From an uncultured delta proteobacterium (GTDB taxonomy: Bacteria; Myxococcota_A; Polyangia; Haliangiales; Haliangiaceae), in assembly GCA_963743525.1 (NCBI GenBank), contig CAVUQH010000002.1, positions 288,001 to 352,000 on the forward strand: a stretch of 64,000 nucleotides of DNA. The letters are read 5' to 3'. Both the position numbers and the translations under genes were made by a program. This document shows, piece by piece, positions 43,853 to 55,849 of this stretch (within the stretch, counting starts at the first letter, position 1; every line of letters begins with the position of its first letter). The notes under the pieces are model-generated. The model saw nothing but the letters and a program-made list of their open reading frames with translations. It searched no databases and was not told the DNA's origin.

Positions 43853-45274
43853 CTAGGTGGTGCCCTTCTTGTGGCGCTGGCGATAGGAGTAGGGGCGGCG
43901 CTTGGACTTGTCGTCGTCCTTGCTCTCCACCTCTTTCTTCTCGCCGTTGCCCGCGCCCGCGGGCGCTTCGGCCACCGGCGTCTCCACCGGGGCGGCCGGA
44001 TTCTCGTTCTCGCGGAACTCGATCTTCTCCAGCGGGTTCTCGGCGACCTGCACCTGATCGCTGGGCTCGAGCACGTCGGTCAGCCCGTCCATGGTGTGCA
44101 GGTCATCGAGGATGTCGTCGACGCTGGTGTAGCGCTCGGTCCGCGAGTCGCGGGTCATGCAATCGAAGATGTCGTCGATGCCCTTGGGCAGCCGGGCGTT
44201 GACCTCGGTCGGCATCAGGCAGCGACGGCCGGGCAGCTTCCGCGTGAGCAGCTCGTAGAAGATGATGCCCATGGCGTAGATGTCGGCCTGCGGCCCGGCA
44301 CCCGAGGCGTCGGTGTACAGCTCCGGCGCCATGTAGGCGATGTTGCCCATGCCGACGTAGACCTGCCGCGACCGCGCCGAGGCGTCGCGCTCGACGATGC
44401 GGGTGAAGCCGAAGTCGCTGATCTTCAGGTTGCCGTAGGCGTCGATCAGCAGGTTCTCGGGCTTGAGCCCGCGGTGGATGACCCGCTGGGTGTGGGCGGC
44501 GCGCAGGGCGTGCAGCGCCTGCAACAGGTAGCGCAGCGCCAGCGACACCGGAATGTGCTCGGCGTCGGCGATGAGCCGCCGGGTCAACCCGTTGGGCGAC
44601 AGCTCGGTGACCACGTACGGGAACTCGCGCTCGAGGTTGACGTCGTGGATCGGCAGGATGTTGGGATGGGCCAGGCTGGCCCACGCCCGAACCACGTCGG
44701 TGAAGCGGCGCACGATCTCGCCGCGCTGTGAGTCGCTGAAGAAGCCGAACAGCTCGCGGACTTCTTTCAGCGCCACCTCGCGGTTGAGCGGCACCTGGCG
44801 GGCCCGATAGACCGTGCCGACGCCGCCCGAGCCGATGGTCGCCAGCTTCTCGTAACGGGAGTCGAGAAGCTCGGACGAGTTTTGGATTTCCCCGCCAACA
44901 GTGGCGGTCGCGCGCCCTCCGGAAGACAACGGCGCGCTCAGGGATTGATGCTCGGACCTACGCTTGGCCCGGGCGTTCTTGAAGTGTTGCACCGCGCGCT
45001 CGGTGAGCTCGGTGAGGTTGCCGCCGTTGACAATCTTTTCCCCCTCGGCCGTCACTTCCAGCGTCTCGGTGCCGCGGTCGTGCGCCAGGTAACCCGCGCT
45101 GGTCAGGAACGAGATGTATTCCGAGAACGGAATCGACACTGCTCCCTCGCACACGCGGCGGATGTCGTCATACCGATTCTGGCGCCCGTACCGCGCCTCG
45201 GCCATGACGTTGGCGAGGATGAAGCGGGACTCCTCGCACAGAACTTCTTTGGTGACCTTGGTCCGCCCCTCCAT
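43853..45274 (-). CDS. Ser/Thr kinase-fold protein, likely pseudokinase, with N-terminal wHTH-like domain
   Basis: GSGGVG, VALK, HRGLKPEN, DFG, YMAPE. Confidence 0.85.
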   Translation of the reverse strand: MEGRTKVTKEVLCEESRFILANVMAEARYGRQNRYDDIRRVCEGAVSIPFSEYISFLTSAGYLAHDRGTETLEVTAEGEKIVNGGNLTELTERAVQHFKNARAKRRSEHQSLSAPLSSGGRATATVGGEIQNSSELLDSRYEKLATIGSGGVGTVYRARQVPLNREVALKEVRELFGFFSDSQRGEIVRRFTDVVRAWASLAHPNILPIHDVNLEREFPYVVTELSPNGLTRRLIADAEHIPVSLALRYLLQALHALRAAHTQRVIHRGLKPENLLIDAYGNLKISDFGFTRIVERDASARSRQVYVGMGNIAYMAPELYTDASGAGPQADIYAMGIIFYELLTRKLPGRRCLMPTEVNARLPKGIDDIFDCMTRDSRTERYTSVDDILDDLHTMDGLTDVLEPSDQVQVAENPLEKIEFRENENPAAPVETPVAEAPAGAGNGEKKEVESKDDDKSKRRPYSYRQRHKKGTT

Positions 45275-45307
45275 GCGCGGAAATTGTAGATTTTCCAGCA
45301 GGCCCAA

Positions 45308-45751
45308 TCAAACTACCGGCGCTTTTTCACGCGCCGGAGGTGGTCCTTCCCGGACCAGACGGTCGATCAGGGGGGCGTCAGCGGGCAAAACGTCGTACTG
45401 CGCCAGCTCGGGCGGCAGGCACCACGCGAGGTCCGCGACCTCGACCGGGCGCGCGGTCTGACCCGCCGCCAGGGTGCATCGGTAGACCAGCATCACCAGC
45501 TCGAAATCCGGGTAGCGGTGGTAGAGAACCTCCCAGATCCCGCCTACCTGGACCACTGCGCCGATCTCTTCCCGCAGCTCGCGAGCCAGCGCCTCGACGG
45601 GGCTCTCGCCCGGCTCGACCTTGCCGCCGGGCAGCTCCCACTGGAGGGCCAGCGACTGGTCGGCCCGGCGCTGGGTCAGGAGGACCCGATCGCCGTCGAC
45701 CACCAGGCCGGCGACCACCAGGAGGCGCGGAACCGTGCTCTCATTCTCCAT
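45308..45751 (-). CDS. MutT-like NUDIX hydrolase
   Basis: WELPGGKVEPGESPVEALARELREEIG Nudix box. Confidence 0.92.
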   Translation of the reverse strand: MENESTVPRLLVVAGLVVDGDRVLLTQRRADQSLALQWELPGGKVEPGESPVEALARELREEIGAVVQVGGIWEVLYHRYPDFELVMLVYRCTLAAGQTARPVEVADLAWCLPPELAQYDVLPADAPLIDRLVREGPPPAREKAPVV

Positions 45752-45824
45752 GGTTACCGGCGGAGCTTAGCCCGGCTCGGACGTTGACAGCACCCGGTCC
45801 GGCGCCTAGATTCCCCGAGCGCCA

Positions 45825-46340
45825 ATGAAGCTTTACGCAGGTAAAATCGACACGATCGCGGGCGAGGTCATCACTCGGCTGGTCAACGACGGGGACATCG
45901 AGGTGTCCGACCGTCACGAGGCCGAGCTCGACGTCGCCTCGGTGCTCAAGGAGTACCTGCGCGTCAACCGCGAGCTCACCGAGCGCGCCAAGGACATCCT
46001 CGAGATCCGCGGCCTGGGCTACAGCGCCCTCGGCCGGACCAAGCGGTCGCTGGCCGAGCAGAAGGACTTCGGCCTGGGCGAGGAGGGGATCAACTGGATC
46101 GTCACCCAGACCCTCGAGCTGTTCATGCAGTCGGCCCACATCGAGGAGATCTTCGCCGAGGACATCGCCCTGCGGCGCAAGATGAAAGAGATCCTCCAGC
46201 GGCACATGGCGGTCGACGAGGAGCTCGACCGCGAGGTCCGCCAGCGCATCCGCAATCTCGAGGAAGGCACCAGCGCCTGGGACATCGAGTACAACCGGGT
46301 GATGGACCAGATGAAGAAGAAGCACGGGATCGGCGAGTAG
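45825..46340 (+). CDS. DUF507-like protein
   Basis: MKLYAGKI...ELDREVRQRIRNLEEGTSAWDIEY pattern. Confidence 0.7.
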   Translation: MKLYAGKIDTIAGEVITRLVNDGDIEVSDRHEAELDVASVLKEYLRVNRELTERAKDILEIRGLGYSALGRTKRSLAEQKDFGLGEEGINWIVTQTLELFMQSAHIEEIFAEDIALRRKMKEILQRHMAVDEELDREVRQRIRNLEEGTSAWDIEYNRVMDQMKKKHGIGE

Positions 46341-46539
46341 CGCCGGGCCCGCTGCGGCGTGCGAGCCCGGATCATTCACGGGAGTCGCACGCCCTCACCG
46401 AGTCCTTGGCCCCGCGGCGCGATTTTCGCCCTTGCGAATACAACCAGTATTCGCAGCGGTCGAGAAATCAGGCCGCGAAACCAATTCCTTCGGCGATCAT
46501 CGCGCGCCCCCGCAAATGATCCGGGCTAACCTTCCTGGC

Positions 46540-47385
46540 ATGCCGCCCTTCCGCCGATTCGATGGCCGCGTGGCGCGCGGCGTCCCGGCCTACCGGCGCA
46601 TGATTCCGTTCCTCATGCGCGGCAAGAACGAGTCCGCGGTGCTGTTCGAGCAGACCGTGGACCTGTCGCGCACGCTGCCGTGGCTGGAGCAGCGCAACCG
46701 CGGCGCCGACGATCACGCGACCTTCTTCCACCTGCTCCTGGCGGCGCTCGGCCGGGTGCTGCACGAGCGGCCGCGGCTCAACCGGTTCGTGTCGGGGCGG
46801 CGGCTGCACGACCGCGACGGCGTCTACATCTCGTTCGCGGCCAAGAAGCGGATGGACGACGACGCGCCGCTGTCGGTGGTCAAGCGCCGCTTCGCCCGGG
46901 ACGAGTCGTTCGACGACGTGGTCGCGGCGCTGCACGGCGGCATCGACGAGGCGCGGTCGAACCGCGAGTCGTCGGTCGATCGGGAAGTCGGCCTGCTGTT
47001 GCGCTTGCCGGCGCCGATCCTCGACGGCGCGGTCCGCCTGGTGCGCGCGCTCGACGCGGTCAACCTGGCCCCGCGCGCCCTGCTCGAGCACGACCCGATG
47101 TACACCAGCGTGTTCGTCGCCAACCTGGGCAGCCTGCGGATCGACGCCGCGTATCACCACCTGTACGAGTACGGCAACTGCCCACTGTTCTGCACCCTCG
47201 GGCGCATCGAGCAGATGCCGATGGTGGTCGGCGATGGACGGGTCGAGGCCCGCTGGGGGGTGAAGCTCAAGTTCACCTACGACGAGCGGATCGAGGACGG
47301 TCACTACGCGGCCCAGGCGATCGCGCGCCTGTGTGACTACCTCGAAGAGCCGGCCGGTTGGGCCGGGGGCGAGATCCCCGGCTGA
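46540..47385 (+). CDS. Stand-alone 2-oxoacid dehydrogenase acyltransferase (E2 catalytic)-like domain
   Basis: VANLGSL; TYDERIEDG in place of canonical DHRxxDG. Confidence 0.75.
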   Translation: MPPFRRFDGRVARGVPAYRRMIPFLMRGKNESAVLFEQTVDLSRTLPWLEQRNRGADDHATFFHLLLAALGRVLHERPRLNRFVSGRRLHDRDGVYISFAAKKRMDDDAPLSVVKRRFARDESFDDVVAALHGGIDEARSNRESSVDREVGLLLRLPAPILDGAVRLVRALDAVNLAPRALLEHDPMYTSVFVANLGSLRIDAAYHHLYEYGNCPLFCTLGRIEQMPMVVGDGRVEARWGVKLKFTYDERIEDGHYAAQAIARLCDYLEEPAGWAGGEIPG

Positions 47386-47549
47386 TCCGCGCCCCGGCGC
47401 CGGAATGATTGGGCAGTTCGATCGAATTCCGCAGTGGTGGCGCGGGGTTTTGTGGGCCGTGCGTGTCCCCCCCCGGGGCGGGGCGGTGGGTCCCAGGGCA
47501 GTGGGCTGCGGGTTGCACCAAGTGTGCGGATCATTGGGGGTGGCCCGCG

Positions 47550-47565
47550 TGGCACGCGGGTTGCT
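47550..47565 (+). promoter_or_regulatory. Sigma54 promoter
   Basis: TGGCACG-CGGG-TTGCT, an exact consensus match, 40 bp upstream of AGGAG-ATG 47605. Confidence 0.8.
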
Positions 47566-47604
47566 CACCATAGATCGTAGTGAACGACAGCCGGGGGTAG
47601 GAGC

Positions 47605-49071
47605 ATGATGTACCGCTATGGCGACGCGACGCCGTTTCCGTTCGACGACAACTTCATAGAGACGATCGTCGCGGCGACCGAGGCGTGCGTGGGGCTGTTT
47701 CTGGCGGACATGGAGGCCGAGGAGCGCCGCCGCAAGGTGGACCAGATCCGCACGCACGCCGACGAGGAGCTCAAGCGCCTGGCGGTGCTGGGGCGGGCGG
47801 TCAACGCCAGCATCCGCCCGATGCTGCCGTCGGCCAAGGCCGAGCGGACCAGCGAAGCGACCGCGCAGCGGATCCAGCAGTTGACCGATGCGGCCGTGCG
47901 CCAGGCGACGATCGGCGTCGAGCGGCGACGCGACGCAGCGATTCGCGCGGCCATGGGCAACGACGTCGCCGAGATGGTGGTCGAGTCGCTGGCCAAGCTG
48001 CTGGTCGCCCACCAGCTGCCGAAGACGAAGTGGCTGATCCGGTGGGTGTACGACGCCGCCCAGGGAACGCCGGCGGTGGTGCTGCGCGCGCTCAACGCGG
48101 CCTGCGACCTGACTGCGGAGTTCACCTGCGCCCTGCCCGACGCCCACACCTGGTCGGGACCAGTGCGCGTCGGCGACCTGACGCCGCATCTCGAGATCGA
48201 GCTGCAGCGCGAGCCGACCCTGCTCCGGCGCAAGAGCGTCGGCAGCCAGCGGCTGCACAAGTACTACATCGTCGAGGCCGAGCACTCGCCCGACCGCAGC
48301 GCGTTCGAGCTGCGCCGCTACCACAACAAGCCGTCCGACGGCTTCCGGGTGGTCATGCGCGAGGAAGACCAGGCGTTGCCGCGGATCACCCGCATTGCCG
48401 CCGACGGCAGCAAGACCGGCAACACGCTGACCATCTCCGGCGACGCCGCCGTGGCGCTGGACGCCCTGTGGCAACAGATCGAAAAGGGCCTGCACGACCT
48501 CCGCCGTCACCGCGACGCGCTGGTCAGCGGCGCGTTCGAAGAGCGCGGGCTGGAGTTGACCGAAGAGCCGGCGCAGGTGGCCGAGGCGCTCCTCGGCACC
48601 ATCGCCCCGGTGGTGCGCGAGATGCGCCTGCGCAGCCGCGTGCCCGGCGAGCTGATCCTCAAGCGCGACACCGGCGACGGCCGCCGCGAGGAGCTGTTCG
48701 TGCCCCGCGCCCAGCTCGAGGCCAAGTTCGCCCCGCTGCCGGAGCGCTACCAGCGAGTGTTCGAGTCGGTCGGGCTGTCGTCGGAAGCGACCACCGAGTT
48801 CGTCGGCCGCGAGTTCCCGCTGGCGGTCCCGCGCGGCCCCGAGCAGGCGCCGCGCCGCCGCCGGGCCACGCCGGCCCACGCCGCGCCGCCGCCGCCACCG
48901 CGTCCGCCGACCATGTCGAGCTTGCCGGACCTGCCGATGCCACCGGTGAGCGGATCGATCGACGACGACGATGACGACGAGCCGACGGTGTTGCCGGCGC
49001 CGGCCATCCCGGCCGAGCGCTCAGGTCGGATCGCCCGAGTCGACACCGACGCGATCACCGCGACGGCGTGA
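47605..49071 (+). CDS. Hypothetical protein (coiled-coil N-terminus, Pro/acidic tail)
   Basis: 488 aa ORF with RBS and sigma54 promoter; coding-like codon use. Confidence 0.85.
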   Translation: MMYRYGDATPFPFDDNFIETIVAATEACVGLFLADMEAEERRRKVDQIRTHADEELKRLAVLGRAVNASIRPMLPSAKAERTSEATAQRIQQLTDAAVRQATIGVERRRDAAIRAAMGNDVAEMVVESLAKLLVAHQLPKTKWLIRWVYDAAQGTPAVVLRALNAACDLTAEFTCALPDAHTWSGPVRVGDLTPHLEIELQREPTLLRRKSVGSQRLHKYYIVEAEHSPDRSAFELRRYHNKPSDGFRVVMREEDQALPRITRIAADGSKTGNTLTISGDAAVALDALWQQIEKGLHDLRRHRDALVSGAFEERGLELTEEPAQVAEALLGTIAPVVREMRLRSRVPGELILKRDTGDGRREELFVPRAQLEAKFAPLPERYQRVFESVGLSSEATTEFVGREFPLAVPRGPEQAPRRRRATPAHAAPPPPPRPPTMSSLPDLPMPPVSGSIDDDDDDEPTVLPAPAIPAERSGRIARVDTDAITATA

Positions 49072-49814
49072 GCGCCTCGCGGACCTCGGTGGCGACCATC
49101 TCGGCGAGCAGCGCCAGTAGCTCGTCGCCCTCCGCCGCCGTCGCCTCGGCCGGGGCGCCGGCGTAGGCATCGGCCATGCCCATCTCGGCGAAGTTGACGA
49201 TACCGGCGCCGAGCTTCTCCGACAGGCTGATTGGCACCTCGGGCAGCGCCGCCCGCGCCCGGTCGTCGACCAGCTCGGGCCGGGTGGCCATGACGATCGA
49301 CGTCTCGTAGCGGCCGGCGTGGCAGGCGCCGCTCTTGAACTCGGCGCTCAGCGTGCGCGCCCAGCGCCGGGTCAGCGGACAGGCCACCGACGCCCGCCCG
49401 GCCCCGAGGCCGGCGATCGCCGCGCGCACCGCGCGGTCGTGCTCCGGCTCGAGGTGATTGTTGACCAGGCAGACGTGATCGACTCCGGTGGCCAGATAGC
49501 CGCTGACCACCGAGTGGAGGAACAGGGTCAGCGCCTCGCCCGGCACCGACACCGCGCCGGCGAACCTGGCCGCGCAGTGGGTGACGCCGTACGGCACCGC
49601 CGGCGCGATGCGCGCGATCACGCCACCCTGTTCCAGCGCCGCCGCCGCGCGCTCGGCCGCGGCCACCGAGATGATCGTGTCGGCCGCCAGCGTCATGTGC
49701 GGGCCGTGCGGCTCGACCGAGCCGACCGGCAGAAGCGATCGCCAGCGGCCGCGCGTCGGCGACCAGCGCCGCGAAGCTGCGGGTGTTCTCGGCCTCCAGG
49801 GCGAAGCGGCTCAT
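49055..49814 (-). CDS. Creatininase-family amidohydrolase (frameshift near 49735)
   Basis: LPVGSVEPHGPH, DT, NNH, HAGRYETS. Confidence 0.85.
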
Positions 49815-51494
49815 TCGCTCGGGTTCTCCCCCGCCGCCTCGCGCTCGCGCAGCAGCTTCTTGTTGACCTTGCCGCGGTCGTTGCGCGGCAGGTCGTCGAC
49901 GAAGATCACCCAGCGCGGGTACTTGTGCTTGGACAGCCGCGAGCGAACGTGTTCCTTGAGCTCGTCGCGCAGCACGGCACCGCCGTCGGACAGCCGGGTG
50001 CGCGCGGTCTCGGCGACCATGACGAACGCCTTGGGCTTGTCCAGCCCGTCGGAATCCGACGCGGGAATCACCGCCGCCAGGGTCACCGCCTCGTGGGCGA
50101 TGAGGCACTCCTCGACCTCGAGCGGCGCCACCCAGATGCCTCCGGACTTGAACAGGTCGTCGGCGCGGCCCTGGAAGTAGAGGTAGCCGGCCTCGTCGAC
50201 CGAGAACAGATCGCCGGTGCAGCACCAGTGGCCGTGGAAGGTGCTCCAGCTCTTGTCGCGGTCCTCGAAGTAGCCCAGCGCCACGCTGTCGCCGCGCACC
50301 CACAAGACGCCGACCTCGCCGGGCGCCACCGGCGCCGCGCCCGGTCCGTCGGCGCCCTGGGGCAGGACCCGCAGCTCGTAGCCGTCGACGACCCGGCCCA
50401 GCGAGCCGGCGACGGATGTCGCCCGGCCGGTTGGAGCAGTAGATGTGGAACATCTCGGCCGAGCCGATGCCGTCGTAGACGTCGCAGCCGAAGCGGCGCG
50501 GTGAAGCGCTCGCAGCAGCGCCGGCGGCAGCGCCTCGCCCGCGGACAGGTGGAAGCGCACGCACGACATGTCCAGGCGCGGCTCGCCGGCCGCCGCGCGG
50601 GCGTCGTCGTAGTCGAGCAGCTTGCCCAGCATGGTCGGCACGTTGGTCACCACCGTCGGCCGGTACATCTCGATCGCCGCGGCCAGGGTCTCCGGCGGTC
50701 GGCCGCTCGGAGAACAGGCCGACGGTGGCGCCGACGGCGAACGGGAACCACAGGTTGGTGCCGGTGGCGTAGCCGAAGAACAGCCGCGGCACGCTGACGG
50801 TGACGTCGCCGCGGCGGTAGCCGACGGTCTGCTTGGCGTAGACCTCGGTGTTGAAGGCGAAGTCGCGATGGGTGTGCATCGCCGCCTTGGGCCGACCGGT
50901 CGAGCCGGAGGTGAACAGCCACACGCACTGGTCGTCGCGGCGGGTGACCGGCAGCGCGGCCTGCGAGGTGCGGCCCCGATCGATCGCCTCGGTCAGCGCC
51001 AGCGTCTCCCACCGGCGGCCGGCCAGCTCCGGCGGCACCACCACCGGCGCCTCCGGGTCTTCGCCGGTCGCGGTCTCGGGCACCAGCAGCACCGCGCGCA
51101 GCTCGGGCACCCGCTCGAAGGTGTCGGCCAGCGCGACCGCCACCGACGGCGTCGTCACCACCGCCGCGGCGCGCACGTACTCGACCACGTAGGCCAGGTC
51201 CGGCTCCGGCGCCACCGGGTTGCCCATGGTCACGGTGGCGCCGCTGGCCAGGGTGGCGAAGATCGACCAGGCGAACGGCGGCGTGTCGGGCAGCACGGTG
51301 TAGACCCGCTGCTCGCGGGCGACACCGGCGTCGACCAGGTAGCGGGCCAGCGCGGTGGACCGCTCGGCGACGTCGCCGTAGCTCCAGGCCCGCGTCGCCG
51401 TAGCGAATCGCGGCGGTGTCGGCCAGGCCCTCGTTCAAGCGATCGAACAGCCAGTAGTCGGCCAGGTTGAAGTGGTCGGGGAACCGGGTCGTCG

Positions 51495-51498
<4 letters not shown>
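49811..51498 (-). CDS. Benzoate/2-aminobenzoate-CoA ligase family (about four frameshifts)
   Basis: FPDHFNLADY, FTSGSTGRPK, DGIGSAEMFH, TGD, GRADDLFK, PR..GK spread over several frames. Confidence 0.85.
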
Positions 51499-52634
<1,136 letters not shown>

Positions 52635-52640
52635 GTCCGG

Positions 52641-53459
52641 CTACTCCTTGGCCACGTCGGCGCCGACGAAGCGCGGATCGCGCTTCTCCTTGAACGCCTC
52701 GTGGGCCTCGCGGAAGTCCGGGTACTGCATGCAGATCGCCTGCGCCTGGGCCTCGGCCTCGAGCGCCGCGTCCAGCGTCATGCCGTGCTCGGACTCGATC
52801 ATCTGCTTGGTCATGGTGTGGGCCAGCGCCGGCCCGCGCGACAGCTCCAGCGCCCACTCGCGCGCCAGCCCGAGCGCCGCCTCGCCGTCCGGCTCGATGC
52901 GGTTGACCAGGCCGATGCGCAGCGCGTGCTCGGCGTCGATGATGCGGCCCATGAACAACAGCTCGCTGGCGTTGCCCAGCCCGACCAGCCGCGGCAACAG
53001 GTAGGCGGCGCCCATGTCGGCGCCGCACAGGCCGACGCGGGGGAAGATGAAGCCGAAGCGGGCATTGGCGGCGGCGATGCGCAGGTCGCAGGCAGCCGCG
53101 ATCACCGCGCCGGCGCCGACCGCCACGCCGTTGACCGCGGCGATCACCGGGCGGCGGACGTCGCGGATGGTGCCGATCAACCGCCCGGTGGTGCGGGTGA
53201 AGTCGAGCAGCCCCTTCATGTCGCGGCCGAGCAGGCGCTTGATGATGTCGTCCTGGTCGCCGCCGGAGCAGAAGCCGCGGCCGCGCCCGGTGATGACGAT
53301 GGCGCGCACCTCGTCGGCGTGGTTGAGGGCCTCGAAGGTGTCGGCCAGCTCCTGGTAGATCTCGAAGGTCAGCGAGTTGAGGCGCTCGGGGCGGTCGAGG
53401 GTGATCTCGGCGACGCCGCGGGTGACCTCCATGGCAAACGTGGTGGGCGACGGATACAT
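52641..53459 (-). CDS. Enoyl-CoA hydratase/isomerase family
   Basis: FCSGGD, AVNGVAVGAG, GLCGADMG. Confidence 0.92.
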   Translation of the reverse strand: MYPSPTTFAMEVTRGVAEITLDRPERLNSLTFEIYQELADTFEALNHADEVRAIVITGRGRGFCSGGDQDDIIKRLLGRDMKGLLDFTRTTGRLIGTIRDVRRPVIAAVNGVAVGAGAVIAAACDLRIAAANARFGFIFPRVGLCGADMGAAYLLPRLVGLGNASELLFMGRIIDAEHALRIGLVNRIEPDGEAALGLAREWALELSRGPALAHTMTKQMIESEHGMTLDAALEAEAQAQAICMQYPDFREAHEAFKEKRDPRFVGADVAKE

Positions 53460-53461
53460 GC

Positions 53462-53869
53462 TCACTCCTGCAGCAGCGAGGCGACGGCCTCGATTTCGAC
53501 CATGGCGTCGGGATGGACCAGCTCGTTGACGCCGACCAGCGCCATCGCCGGGTAGTGCTTGCCGAACCGCTCGCGCCAGATCGGCCCCAGCTCGGCGGCG
53601 GCGTTGCGGTACGCCGCCACGTCGGTGACGTAGATGGTCATCTTGACCACATCGGTGGCAAAGCCGCCGGCGGCGACGACCACGTCGACGACGTTGTCGA
53701 GAGCGCGGGCGAACTGGGCGACGAAGGCCGTGTCGGCGAAGGTGCCGTCCTTCTCCCAGCCGATCTGCCCGGCGATGTACAGGGTGCGCCCGCTGGTGAC
53801 CACGCCGTTGGCGTAGCCGCGCGCGGGGGGAAAGTGTTCGGGGTGGATGACCGTGTGGCGCTCGCTCAT
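53462..53869 (-). CDS. RidA/YjgF family protein
   Basis: GYANGV, IAGQIG, YPAM, VEIEA. Confidence 0.92.
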   Translation of the reverse strand: MSERHTVIHPEHFPPARGYANGVVTSGRTLYIAGQIGWEKDGTFADTAFVAQFARALDNVVDVVVAAGGFATDVVKMTIYVTDVAAYRNAAAELGPIWRERFGKHYPAMALVGVNELVHPDAMVEIEAVASLLQE

Positions 53870-54633
53870 TTGAGAATCGCTCCTCCGTCGATGACGATGG
53901 CCTGGCCGTGGATGCTGCGCGCGGCCGGCTCACACAACGTGGAAACCAGGTGGGCGACCTCGTCCGGCTGGATGACCCGGCCCTGCGGGCTCATCCTGGC
54001 CAGCGACGCCGCGGCGTCTTCGCTCGAGCGACCGGTCTTTGCCGAGATGCGGCTGACCGCCTCCTCGAACATCCGCGTCTCGACCCAGCCGGGGCAGACG
54101 GCGTTGACGGTGACGCCGGTGGGCGCCAGATCGATCGCCAGCGCCCGGGTCATGCCGACCATGGCGTGCTTGGACGCGCAGTAGGCGGTGCTGTAGCGGT
54201 AGCCGGAGACGCCGGCGTTGGACGCCAGGTTGACCACCCGCCCCCAGCCGGCCTCGATCATCGGCGGCACCAGCGCGCGGATCAGCCGGAACGCCGCGGT
54301 GCAGTTGATCTCCATCATCCGGTCCCAGGCCTCGTCGGTGACCTTGCCCAGCGGCGCGCTCTCGGCGATGCCGGCGTTGTTGACCAGGATGTCAACCCGG
54401 CCCAGCGCGCCCGGCAGCGCGGCGATCAGCGCGTCAACCGACGCGCGATCGGTGAAGTCGGCGGCCAGCGCGACGCCGTCCAGCGCCGTGGCGACCGCTT
54501 CGATCTCCGGCCTGGTGCGTCCGGTGACGCCGACCGTTGCGCCCATCGCGGCCAGCCGGGCTGCGATCGCCGCGCCGATGCCGCGACCACCGCCGGTGAC
54601 CAGCGCGACCTTCCCCTCCAGGGACTCCGCCAT
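53866..54633 (-). CDS. Short-chain dehydrogenase/reductase
   Basis: TGGGRGIG, NNAG, YCASK, CPG. Confidence 0.95.
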   Translation of the reverse strand: MAESLEGKVALVTGGGRGIGAAIAARLAAMGATVGVTGRTRPEIEAVATALDGVALAADFTDRASVDALIAALPGALGRVDILVNNAGIAESAPLGKVTDEAWDRMMEINCTAAFRLIRALVPPMIEAGWGRVVNLASNAGVSGYRYSTAYCASKHAMVGMTRALAIDLAPTGVTVNAVCPGWVETRMFEEAVSRISAKTGRSSEDAAASLARMSPQGRVIQPDEVAHLVSTLCEPAARSIHGQAIVIDGGAILK

Positions 54634-54686
54634 GGCCGCGGTTTAGCACGAAACGCGGGGCGTTTCGCCCGGCCAGGGAGGCGGAA

Positions 54687-55849
54687 CTAGCGCGTGGCCG
54701 GAGCCGGTGCGGGAGCCAGGCAGGGATCGGCGGGCATCGCCGCGATCCAGTCGCGGATGAGGGCGACGCCCTCCTCGTGCACGACGTGGCGGCCGAGCTC
54801 CGGCATCATCACCGCCGGGTCGGTGCTGTCGATGCGATAGACCAGGATCGAATGGTCCGGATCGCCGGGCACGATGTCGTACTGCAGGCCGCCGGAGCCG
54901 GGACCGGCGGCGACCGGGGTCTTGCAGATGCCGAAGTCGTACGGCGTGACCTGCGCCGAGCGCAGATCCAGGCCGCTCACCCGGGCGGCGCCGCCGGGGT
55001 TGTGGCAGTGGGCGCAGTTGATGTCGAGCCAGGCGCGGGCGCGCTGCGTCGACGGTGCCGGTGGTGTCGTCGTCGAACACCGCGTCGCGCGGTGCGTCAG
55101 CCGGGTCGGCGGGCGCGCCGGTCAGCATGCCCAGGTCGGCGAAGTGGGTCAGCTGGTTCTCCGGCCCCGCGCCGTAGTCGAAGTCGCGGTTGATGTGCCG
55201 CGCCTTGGGACCGATCGGACCGAGCACGTCGACCTGCTCCTCGTGGCACTGCTTGCACTGGTTCTTGTTGGGAACGACGTAGTCGACCTGGCGCTGACTG
55301 CCGTCGGTGTGGATCCAGCTGATGTGCTCCTGCGCGCCGGCCACCGACAGCCGGGCGTCGGTCTGGTCGTCGTTCCACACGTACGGCAGCCCTTCCCAGC
55401 CGCCGTCGCGGTGGATCAGCAGCCGGGTCTCGATGTGCCGGATCGGTCCGTCCGGCTGGCGCATGTCGTCCGGGATACGAGAAGGTCTTGAGGATCACCG
55501 CGCCCTCGGGCAGCGAGAACGAGTCGGTGTCGTCGTAGGTCATCGTCTCGCCGTCGGCCAGATAGATGAACCGGCTCTTCCACGCGTAGTCCGAGAACAG
55601 CGGCGTGTTGAGGTCGTACGGCACGACGCGATCGTTGGCGGTCAGCGTCGCCAGGTCGTCGCCGACGAAGAAGCGGTAGCTCGACAGCCACCGGCACGGG
55701 TCGGCGGCCGGGTCGAAGCTGACCCCGTCGCCGGCGGCGATGGCGCAGACCTCGGCGTTGGCATCGCCGGCATCGGGGGCGCCGTTGCCGCCGCCCTCAC
55801 ACGCGGCGAACAGCCCCAGCGCCGCCGCCAGCACCGCCCCCGCGCGCAT
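54687..55849 (-). CDS. SO2930-family diheme cytochrome c lipoprotein (frameshifts near 55047 and 55472)
   Basis: LFAAC lipobox; YDLNTPLFSDYA, IETRLL, CKQCH, NCAHCHNP, MMPELG. Confidence 0.85.
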
